Origin: an uncultured virus (IMG/VR IMGVR_UViG_3300020727_000702)
Lineage: Duplodnaviria > Heunggongvirae > Uroviricota > Caudoviricetes
Virus record (IMG/VR): IMGVR_UViG_3300020727_000702
Length of the DNA stretch: 64,000 bases
Reading direction: 5' to 3' (one strand)
Positions 56,346 to 64,000 of the stretch are shown here, piece after piece. Positions within the stretch are counted from its first letter, which is position 1, and each line of letters starts with the position of its first letter. Under the pieces are notes generated by a model. That model saw only the letters and a list, made by a program, of their open reading frames with translations. It had not been told where the DNA came from and did no database searches. The position numbers and the translations under genes are program-made.

Positions 56346-58259
56346 ATGAATATATTTGATTTGTTCGAAGGCGACTCTGCTCGCGATAAATGGAATAAAG
56401 AATCCGCCAAACGTGATGCGGCCGCTAAAAAGCGTGAAGAAGAAATGACAGCACGACATAATCGAGGCAAAGAAGATATGTCAGGCGCAATTGATCGTTT
56501 AGAAAAACATTTAAATACTCCTGTTAAAGAACATGATATGTCGGAAGGCTGGAGTGACGCGATTGTTAGTCAAAGAACCGGCCGACCACGCACACCCTAC
56601 TCAGTGTATATCAAAGGTAAGAAGTGGCGAGATTTTGAAAACGAAGATCATGCAGAAGCTGTAGCAAATAAATTACGAGCCAAATTCAAAGCTGACGGTC
56701 GTGACGCCAGTGTTATTACTATTGCCCCTACTGACTATGATAAAGATATAGTAAAAAAAGAAGCAGCAGTAAACGACGTAAACTTTGGTCATACAGTAAC
56801 TAAAGGTGCTTGGATTGTACACCAGGATGGCAAGAAACCAATTAGATTTAAGACACACATCGGCGCTAAAAAATATGCTGAAAAAAACGGCGGCAAAGTT
56901 TACTCAAGTGAGTTCTACGCAGACAAGATTCAATCACAGGTTGATGAGCATGGTGGTGGTGTAAACGCTATGAATAAATATATTTCATGGCGCAATAGTG
57001 CTAACAAAGAACGTGGAATCACAAAATACCAACCTGTAGGCAAACCTGCCGAAAGTTTACGAGAGTTTGCCCTAGGTGATGAAGGTGAGGAAGATACTTT
57101 ACTCAAGTTTGCTCGCTTATGGTGGAATGGTGACGAAGCTACACAAAATAAAGTTGAAGAAGTATTAGCCAAGATGGGTTGGACTATTGGTGAAAATGAA
57201 TCTGGCGATGAAAACGATGCTTGTTTTGTTGTTCGCAATGGTGACATGAACGGCGATAGTTATATTGCGTTTGGCAAAGAAGATTTAAATGAAGGTTCAA
57301 TGTCCACTGCCGCACATCATCATGCTGGTCCAGAATTTCCAGGATATTGGAAAGGAACTGACTCTGCTAGTTTATCACGTAGACGTATGGTGGGTGATGA
57401 TATAGAAGAAGGTATTGAAGGTAACATGACCGTTAAGTCCTCACCACTATCAGAGCCATTACGTAAACGTAATTTTGTTGCTAAAAATTCTCCCATTACC
57501 GGTGCTGGAAAACACACCAATCAGTTAAAAAAAGCCATGGCAGCAGGCCGCAATGCCAAGCATAAAGCACAAACTATTCCATTCGATGAAAGTATGAATT
57601 TTATGGAGTGGGCAGTAAACAATGACTATAATTTTGCAAAAAATCCCGCTGTTTACAAAGAAGCCAAAGAAGCATTTAAAAAAAAAATAAACGAAATATC
57701 TAAAGATAAAATTGAAAAGTACTACACTGATGTTATTAAAAAACAAGCTGACAACATTGGTATCCAGCCTAATATGTATAGCAAGCTAGAACCAAAACAT
57801 CAACGTGGTATTGATAGAGCAAATAATCGTTTATACAAAAATAATGAAGAGCGCGGACCAATAGCGCCGCACGAAACATATTATGGCGCAATGGATGAAG
57901 CCAAAGGTTTAGGTACACAAGTTAAAATCATCAAAGGCAGTGATGCGGGCAAAATTGGATGGATTAGAGAAATTAAACTTGGTTCTTTTAAAGGAGCTCC
58001 AAAAACTTATTATATTGATCTCGAAGATGGTGGGCAAGCAAATAATTTACCTGGCACTGCATTACGCATAATTAAAAACAAAGTAGATGAAAGTTTACAG
58101 CCAGGCGAATACTATGTTTGGACCGTATACTTTGATAATGGCGGTAAACAAAATATTAAAGTAACCTCAGATAATTTTGATCCAACAGCATATTATGCCA
58201 ATCAAAACAAAGCGGTAGTAAATGTAGATTATAATTGGGAGAAACATAATGAAATTTAA
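56346..58259 (+). CDS. Modular polyprotein-like protein (probable internal head protein)
   Basis: MNIFDLFE start; many short modules bounded by (L/V/M/I)xE; KOW-like GTQVKIIKGSDAGKIG. Confidence 0.6.
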   Translation: MNIFDLFEGDSARDKWNKESAKRDAAAKKREEEMTARHNRGKEDMSGAIDRLEKHLNTPVKEHDMSEGWSDAIVSQRTGRPRTPYSVYIKGKKWRDFENEDHAEAVANKLRAKFKADGRDASVITIAPTDYDKDIVKKEAAVNDVNFGHTVTKGAWIVHQDGKKPIRFKTHIGAKKYAEKNGGKVYSSEFYADKIQSQVDEHGGGVNAMNKYISWRNSANKERGITKYQPVGKPAESLREFALGDEGEEDTLLKFARLWWNGDEATQNKVEEVLAKMGWTIGENESGDENDACFVVRNGDMNGDSYIAFGKEDLNEGSMSTAAHHHAGPEFPGYWKGTDSASLSRRRMVGDDIEEGIEGNMTVKSSPLSEPLRKRNFVAKNSPITGAGKHTNQLKKAMAAGRNAKHKAQTIPFDESMNFMEWAVNNDYNFAKNPAVYKEAKEAFKKKINEISKDKIEKYYTDVIKKQADNIGIQPNMYSKLEPKHQRGIDRANNRLYKNNEERGPIAPHETYYGAMDEAKGLGTQVKIIKGSDAGKIGWIREIKLGSFKGAPKTYYIDLEDGGQANNLPGTALRIIKNKVDESLQPGEYYVWTVYFDNGGKQNIKVTSDNFDPTAYYANQNKAVVNVDYNWEKHNEI

Positions 58260-58824
58260 AAATATTGTAGCAATGACGCTAGTAGTATTTGCAGGCGCAG
58301 TTTCAGCCGAGCCATTACACATTTGCAAAAACATTGACTATGCACTTTGTGCTGCTAGTCCAACAACACCAACAGGTAAAACTATGAAGGTTGATGGCAA
58401 AACATTCAAAGAAGGTATGGCAGTTTGTCCCATACTTCACGGCGATGCTGTAGCCAATTTGAGTTTAATGAATGGATCGTGTGATGTTCCTGGACCAGGT
58501 AAAATTTGGAGTTTGTTTGGAGTTCCGGCTCAAACAAACTATCCGCAACAACCAACATGGGCAGTAGCCCCAGCCGCATTTAGAAGTTTTACAATTGGCA
58601 CAACATCAACAACCGGTATGAGCAATATGTGGAGTTTTCCATGCGATATACAAGCACAAAAAGTCAATGGCGTAAAATTGGCATCTTGCTACGGTCCTAT
58701 CATGGAAAGTCCTTGGACAAATGACCATGTCAAACCAGGCCAAATTGGATTTACGCAAGCCGCCGAAGGTGTAACATATCCTGTTGGTGGTAATGCTCCT
58801 GCTAATATCGTAATTAAAAAGTAA
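58249..58824 (+). CDS. Secreted Cys-containing hypothetical protein
   Basis: Signal peptide ending AVSA; six Cys. Confidence 0.6.
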   Translation: MKFKNIVAMTLVVFAGAVSAEPLHICKNIDYALCAASPTTPTGKTMKVDGKTFKEGMAVCPILHGDAVANLSLMNGSCDVPGPGKIWSLFGVPAQTNYPQQPTWAVAPAAFRSFTIGTTSTTGMSNMWSFPCDIQAQKVNGVKLASCYGPIMESPWTNDHVKPGQIGFTQAAEGVTYPVGGNAPANIVIKK

Positions 58825-58903
58825 TATGAATCCAAACGAGTATCCGGTATACCCAGAAGATGATGGGTATGACACTCCAAAAAATCCATTTTCTCCAGTT
58901 TAG

Positions 58904-58932
58904 TTGACTAGTCAAGATAAATATGCTATCAT
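58904..58932 (+). promoter_or_regulatory. Sigma70-type promoter
   Basis: TTGACT-N17-TATCAT; ATG 6 nt downstream. Confidence 0.55.
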
Positions 58933-58937
58933 AGCAT

Positions 58938-60302
58938 ATGACACTTAAATCTACTAAACGAATTGGTATACTGGTTGCCCGCACTAACTTTGTTTATCGC
59001 GGGGTAGGTGCTTATGCTAAAAGTATTATTGATTGGGCATTAAGTTTAGGATACCACGTTGATGTCATTTCTGATGCTCCTGTAAGACGTGATGGTTTAT
59101 TTGATCAATATGAATTACGGGTTCAGTGGATTAGTCCTCCTACTACCATAGATGATAATGTTTACAAAGAACTGGCTTCTTTTTCAAAACCATTTGATAC
59201 CACACTGAGCATTAATTTTCGTAACGCATTAGTTTACGCATTGCGTCATCATACTTACGATATGATAATTACAAATACTGGCGAAGCATTGGATGCTGTA
59301 ACTGGTATTGGTGTACACAAATATTGCACAGTACTACATCCTACGCATCATGAATCCGAAGCTGGAGTTAAAGTTAAACATGACATTTTTGCTCCTGGTG
59401 TAACCGATCGTTATCGCGCTTTATGTAACTTACCCGATGTACTACTGGCTTGCCAAAGTGATTGGATACAAGAAAATGCTCAAACACAATATCCTGACAA
59501 AGTGACTGAATGTTTAGTTGTGCCTCCATTAGTTCCAGAAAAAGAATTACTTGATTTTAGCACATTGCCAACAGAACGTTGGGGAGTAGGATTTGTTGGC
59601 CCTTGGGAACCACGTAAAAATCCCGAAGCATATATTGCCGCACTTAAAGCCTCGGGATTACCTGGCGTAGTACTGGTGCCATCAGAAACATCTGCTAAGA
59701 AATTTAAGGAACGTTTTAAACAAGAAGGTATTGAGTATAAAATTCACGTGGGTGTCACTGGCGCGGAAAAAACAAGAATTATACAAAGTTTGGCGGCTGC
59801 ATATCATCCAGCAGTTAGTGAAACTTTTGGATTAGGAGCATTAGAAACTGCTCACAGTTGCCCTACTGTATTACTATCTAAACATGATTGGAGCTACGCA
59901 CATAAAGACTATGCTGTTATAGTGGAAGAAAGTGAAGCCGCTGATGTACTTAAATCAGTATATGGAGCAGGAGTTATCAAAGAAGTACAAGACATATTAA
60001 CAGCACGTCATAAAACTATTAGTGAGCAATTAGTCAAATTGGCTACCCGAAAAAAAATCACAACCGTTCACAAAAATAACTTTCACACAGAATTGGGAAC
60101 CGTGGGTTTAATAAATCATAAAGAATTTACTGATACTCATAATTCTTTTTGTACAGATGAAATATATAAAATGTTACGACTACCGGCGGTAGAAGCTGTA
60201 GAAGTGTTACATAGTTATAACGAAACATATTATAGAAATCGAGGAAGTAACTTGTTGCCGGAGGAAAAATCAGATCCTAGCAGTTTGTTTACTTTCGAAT
60301 AG
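58938..60302 (+). CDS. GT-B (GT4-like) glycosyltransferase
   Basis: RGVGAY, FVGPWEPRKN and PAVSETFGLGALE motifs. Confidence 0.75.
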   Translation: MTLKSTKRIGILVARTNFVYRGVGAYAKSIIDWALSLGYHVDVISDAPVRRDGLFDQYELRVQWISPPTTIDDNVYKELASFSKPFDTTLSINFRNALVYALRHHTYDMIITNTGEALDAVTGIGVHKYCTVLHPTHHESEAGVKVKHDIFAPGVTDRYRALCNLPDVLLACQSDWIQENAQTQYPDKVTECLVVPPLVPEKELLDFSTLPTERWGVGFVGPWEPRKNPEAYIAALKASGLPGVVLVPSETSAKKFKERFKQEGIEYKIHVGVTGAEKTRIIQSLAAAYHPAVSETFGLGALETAHSCPTVLLSKHDWSYAHKDYAVIVEESEAADVLKSVYGAGVIKEVQDILTARHKTISEQLVKLATRKKITTVHKNNFHTELGTVGLINHKEFTDTHNSFCTDEIYKMLRLPAVEAVEVLHSYNETYYRNRGSNLLPEEKSDPSSLFTFE

Positions 60303-60395
60303 AATGGCCTTAGGACCGGTAATTCGTTACCGTAGGCTGGGCGGCTACTGCCTTGAGTAATCCGATTCGCTACCGGAACCTCTAAAAGTAGCATT
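60303..60395 (+). ncRNA. Candidate structured RNA
   Basis: CGGTAA-TTCG-TTACCG, GGCGG-CTA-CTGCC and TCCG/CGGA stems; GCTAC/GTAGC pseudoknot possible. Confidence 0.5.
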
Positions 60396-60455
60396 ACCAA
60401 TTTACTACAATTTAATTAATTAATCGTGTATAATACTACATCAAAGGAGATTTAA

Positions 60456-60716
60456 ATGTCAGACAGAATTTTTACCGCAGAACAAACTAATAAACTTACT
60501 CAAGTCATTAATGAAGGCATGCAGGTTATGCAAGAAATTGAAACACTGACTGGCGGATTAAGTGACACTGTCAAAGCAGTTGCTGAAGAATTGGAAATCA
60601 AACCCAACATTCTCAAAAAAGCCATTCGCTTGGCACATAAATCTGAATTTGGTCGTGAACAAGATGACCATGCTTTACTTGAACAAATTCTCACACAAGT
60701 TGGTAAGACACTATAA
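60456..60716 (+). CDS. Small helical DNA-binding-like protein (T4 DsbA/GapR-like)
   Basis: AAGGAG SD; LSDTVKAVAEELEIKPNILKKAIRLAHK. Confidence 0.5.
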   Translation: MSDRIFTAEQTNKLTQVINEGMQVMQEIETLTGGLSDTVKAVAEELEIKPNILKKAIRLAHKSEFGREQDDHALLEQILTQVGKTL

Positions 60717-60737
60717 ATATTATAGTTAGAAGTAAGA

Positions 60738-60790
60738 GTCGTTCACTTAAAGAACATGAGACACGGCTTACCGGCCATAAACGGAGAATA
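60738..60790 (+). promoter_or_regulatory. Structured leader / candidate translational operator of the DNA polymerase
   Basis: Two hairpins after TAAATA (60714); loop CCG can pair with CGG overlapping the SD. Confidence 0.4.
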
Positions 60791-60792
60791 AT

Positions 60793-63450
60793 TTGAGTTA
60801 TGTAGATTGTCTATACGATCGCGAACATGATCGTATCCATGTTGTAGAACGTGTCAACGGCGAACGTGTTTACAAAGAATATCCAGCTGATTATATCTTT
60901 TACTACAACGATCCGCGTGGTAAATTTACTTCAATATATGGCACTCCTGTTGCTCGTTTTTCCAGTCGCAACGCCAAAGAGTTTCGAAAAGAAGTTGCTA
61001 TCCAACGTGGCAAACAACTTTATGAATCGGATATCAATCCTATATTCCGTTGTTTAGAAGAAAACTATAAAGGCAAAGATGCTCCTGAGCTTCAAACAGC
61101 GTTTTTTGACATTGAAGTAGACTTCCACAAAGACAAAGGATTTTCTCCTACCACTGATCCGTTCAACGCCATTACTGCCATTTCAGTTTACCTACAATGG
61201 ATGAATCAACTGGTTACTTTAGTTGTTCCGCCCGCACATATGAGTTTGGCAACAGCGCAGGAAGTTGCCGCTGACTTTGAAAATTGTATTGTGTTCGAGC
61301 ATGAAGCTGATATGCTTAAAACATTCCTTGACTTAATTGAAGATGCTGATGTTATATCCGGCTGGAATAGTGAAGGATATGACGTGCCATATACTATCAA
61401 TCGTATTACTAGAATACTAAGCAAAGACGACACCCGTAGATTTTGTTTATGGGGCCAATACCCTAAACAACGAGAATTCGAACGCTTTGGCGCCACTAGT
61501 ACAACTTATGATATTGTTGGTCGTGTACACATGGACTACATGCAATTATATCGCAAATACACATACGAAGAGCGACATAGTTACAGTTTAGATGCTATTG
61601 GTGAATATGAATTAAGTGAAAGTAAAACAGCATACGAAGGTACGCTAGATCAATTATATAATCAAAATTTTAAAAAGTTTATTGAATATAATAGACAAGA
61701 TACATTGTTACTTGACAAGTTAGATAAAAAGTTGCGGTTTATCGAATTAGCAAATGAATTAGCTCACGCCAATACTGTATTACTTCCAACTACAATGGGA
61801 GCGGTGGCTGTAACTGAGCAAGCTATTATTAACGAAGCACATGAACGTGGGCTTGTTGTGCCAAATCGTAAACAAAGATTAACTGATGATGAAACTGCGG
61901 CTGCTGGTGCCTATGTTGCGTATCCCAAAAAAGGAACACATGAATGGGTAGGTGCTGTAGACATTAACTCTCTATATCCAAGTGCTATCCGCGCACTAAA
62001 CATGGGAATGGAAACAGTAGTTGGGCAACTAAGACCTGTAATGACTGAACGTTATATCGACGAATTAGTATCTAAAGGAAAAACATTTGCCGCGGCTTGG
62101 GAAGGTGTATTTGCCAGTTTGGAATATACAGCAATCATGGAACAACAGCGTGGCACTGAAATTACTATTGACTGGCAGGACGGGGAACATTCAGTACATT
62201 CTGCTTCTGAAATATGGGAAATGATTTTTAATAGTAATCAACCTTGGATGTTAACAGCCAATGGCACTATCGTTACTTACGAAAAGAAAGGTGTCGTTCC
62301 TGGATTATTAGAGCGTTGGTATGCCGAACGAAAAGAAATGCAAGAAAAGAAAAAAGAAGCTACCGATCCTAAAGAAATTGCATTTTGGGATAAACGACAA
62401 CTTGTAAAAAAGATTAACTTGAATAGCCTATACGGGGCAATTCTTAATCCGCATTGTAGATTTGCGGACAAACGTATTGGACAATCAACCACATTATCTG
62501 GACGCAGTATTGCTCGGCATATGGCAGGTTATATCAACGAATGTATTACCGGCAAGTTTGATCATTTGGGTGATGCTATTGTATATGGCGATACAGACTC
62601 GTGTTATTTTAGTGCCTGGCCCGTTCTCAAAAAAGAAGTTGCGGCAGGCAATATGGAATGGAGCAAAGAAATTTGTATTCAATTATATGATTCAATTGCT
62701 GAACAAGTAAATTTATCGTTTCCAGCATTTATGGAACAAGCGTTCCACTGCCCTAGAGAAGCTGGTGAATTAATCAAAGCCGGTAGAGAATTAATAGCAT
62801 CTAACAGTTTGTTCATTACTAAAAAACGTTATGCTGTATTAATTTATGATTTAGAAAATAAACGTCTTGACATTAATGGGTCACATGGCAAAATTAAAGC
62901 TATGGGCTTAGATTTAAAACGAAGCGATACACCAAAAGTTATTCAAGAATTTTTGTATGAAATTTTAGAAAAAGTATTGACAGGTACTACGAGAGATGAA
63001 ATCGTAGACCGTATTCGAGAATTTAAATATGCGTTTGCTGAGCGTCCAGCCTGGGAAAAAGGAACTCCTAAACGTGTCAACAATTTAACCAAATATGGAA
63101 AAGCCGAAGAAGCTGAAGGCAAAGCAAATATGCCAGGGCATGTTCGAGCAGCATTGAACTGGAACAATATGCGTCGCATGAACAGCGACAATTATTCTAT
63201 TGCGGTAGTTGACGGAATGAAAACCATTGTGTGTAAATTAAAACCCAATCCCATGGGATGGACTAGTATTGGATACCCAACTGACGAACAACGATTACCG
63301 GATTGGTTTAAAGAATTACCCTTTGACGATGGATTAATGGAAGCTACTATTGTAGATCAAAAAATTGACAATTTATTAAGTGTATTAAACTGGGATTTAG
63401 CAAGTGCTACTAACACAGAAAATACATTCCAAACATTATTCGAGTTCTAA
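60793..63450 (+). CDS. Family B DNA polymerase (T4 gp43-like)
   Basis: Exonuclease motifs FDIE, GWNSEGYD and YNRQD; polymerase motifs DINSLYP, KKINLNSLYG, YGDTDS and KKRY; TTG start after GGAG. Confidence 0.95.
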   Translation: MSYVDCLYDREHDRIHVVERVNGERVYKEYPADYIFYYNDPRGKFTSIYGTPVARFSSRNAKEFRKEVAIQRGKQLYESDINPIFRCLEENYKGKDAPELQTAFFDIEVDFHKDKGFSPTTDPFNAITAISVYLQWMNQLVTLVVPPAHMSLATAQEVAADFENCIVFEHEADMLKTFLDLIEDADVISGWNSEGYDVPYTINRITRILSKDDTRRFCLWGQYPKQREFERFGATSTTYDIVGRVHMDYMQLYRKYTYEERHSYSLDAIGEYELSESKTAYEGTLDQLYNQNFKKFIEYNRQDTLLLDKLDKKLRFIELANELAHANTVLLPTTMGAVAVTEQAIINEAHERGLVVPNRKQRLTDDETAAAGAYVAYPKKGTHEWVGAVDINSLYPSAIRALNMGMETVVGQLRPVMTERYIDELVSKGKTFAAAWEGVFASLEYTAIMEQQRGTEITIDWQDGEHSVHSASEIWEMIFNSNQPWMLTANGTIVTYEKKGVVPGLLERWYAERKEMQEKKKEATDPKEIAFWDKRQLVKKINLNSLYGAILNPHCRFADKRIGQSTTLSGRSIARHMAGYINECITGKFDHLGDAIVYGDTDSCYFSAWPVLKKEVAAGNMEWSKEICIQLYDSIAEQVNLSFPAFMEQAFHCPREAGELIKAGRELIASNSLFITKKRYAVLIYDLENKRLDINGSHGKIKAMGLDLKRSDTPKVIQEFLYEILEKVLTGTTRDEIVDRIREFKYAFAERPAWEKGTPKRVNNLTKYGKAEEAEGKANMPGHVRAALNWNNMRRMNSDNYSIAVVDGMKTIVCKLKPNPMGWTSIGYPTDEQRLPDWFKELPFDDGLMEATIVDQKIDNLLSVLNWDLASATNTENTFQTLFEF

Positions 63451-64000
63451 ATGCCTTTAAGCGATATTGTACTTGTAAAAACACAATTAGATAAATTATC
63501 GGCTATTCCAATTCAAAAAGTAGCTGTTCATTCATTAAATGAAATTACACAATTATCCAACAGACTGAATGATACAAAACAAACCATAGAACAAGCATTT
63601 GATAATTTTGAACATGAGCTTGACCAAGTTAAATTAGGAATAAAAAAAGACATAGAAGAAAGTGAAAAACACTGGTTTCAAGAAAGTTATAAATCTTATA
63701 AAGAAGTAATTGAATGGGAGTTATCTGAAGATCCTGATACTATATTTAAAATTAGAAAAGGGTATGTTGAGGATATGGAATTGTTGCGTAGTAGATTACG
63801 ATTATACGTAGATTGGAAATATGCCGCTATCGTTATTCATCCAGGACAAGAAGAATTTATAGAAGATATGGTAGGATTTGATCCATTATACATAATAGAC
63901 GTAAAACACGATTTACTGTTATCAGCATTAGGAAAATTCCCTGAACAATATCAAAATCGATTACGCTCTTATACCATTACTGAAAATTTTGATAAAGATA
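63451..64000 (+). CDS. Hypothetical protein, partial (runs off the right edge)
   Basis: ATG immediately after the polymerase stop; MPLSDIVLVKTQLDKL..; apparently open to the edge. Confidence 0.6.
   Translation, partial: MPLSDIVLVKTQLDKLSAIPIQKVAVHSLNEITQLSNRLNDTKQTIEQAFDNFEHELDQVKLGIKKDIEESEKHWFQESYKSYKEVIEWELSEDPDTIFKIRKGYVEDMELLRSRLRLYVDWKYAAIVIHPGQEEFIEDMVGFDPLYIIDVKHDLLLSALGKFPEQYQNRLRSYTITENFDKD

Noticed and set aside
60793..63450. Intron or intein in the DNA polymerase
   Set aside because: Continuous 885-aa ORF with normally ordered motifs and no intein signature
1..64000. CRISPR array, tRNA, rRNA or tmRNA genes
   Set aside because: No repeat-spacer periodicity and no cloverleaf with T-loop GTTCRA noticed by eye; a tRNAscan/Infernal run would be needed to exclude them fully
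1..64000. Stop-codon reassignment
   Set aside because: Conserved genes are full length in the standard code, and TAA, TAG and TGA all end genes at sensible positions

Overview
A 64-kb, AT-rich, gene-dense segment of a large T4-like (jumbo-type) myophage genome, most likely infecting a Gram-negative proteobacterium; host and lineage are inferred from gene content only. In order it holds: two minus-strand tail-fibre/baseplate genes (1-6.5 kb); an early/accessory region of small genes behind sigma70-type promoters, including rubrerythrin-rubredoxin, a plcP-like/GT-A/agt-like lipid-remodelling cluster, an Hc1 histone-like protein, a SleB-type hydrolase, IF-1, SOD and ErpA/IscA (6.7-25.5 kb); virion structural genes (25.5-33 kb); a DnaE fragment, GroES, clamp loader, HAD nucleotidase and PhoH (33-39 kb); a lysis cassette, DnaJ and ClpA (40-46 kb); modular proteins that look head-packaged and protease-processed, carrying nucleotidyltransferase, peptidase, GP88, deaminase and GNAT domains (47-58 kb); and a glycosyltransferase and family-B DNA polymerase (59-63.5 kb). 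Four free-standing homing endonuclease genes are interspersed. The most notable unannotated signals are non-coding: a covarying RNA leader in front of two different GIY-YIG genes, a ~265-nt multibranched RNA with a possible kissing loop upstream of the cell-wall hydrolase, four further small structured RNAs, many apparently leaderless genes, a probable AUU start for IF-1, and Pho-box-like and OxyR-like sites in front of the matching stress genes. All family assignments come from motif recognition by eye; no searches were run.
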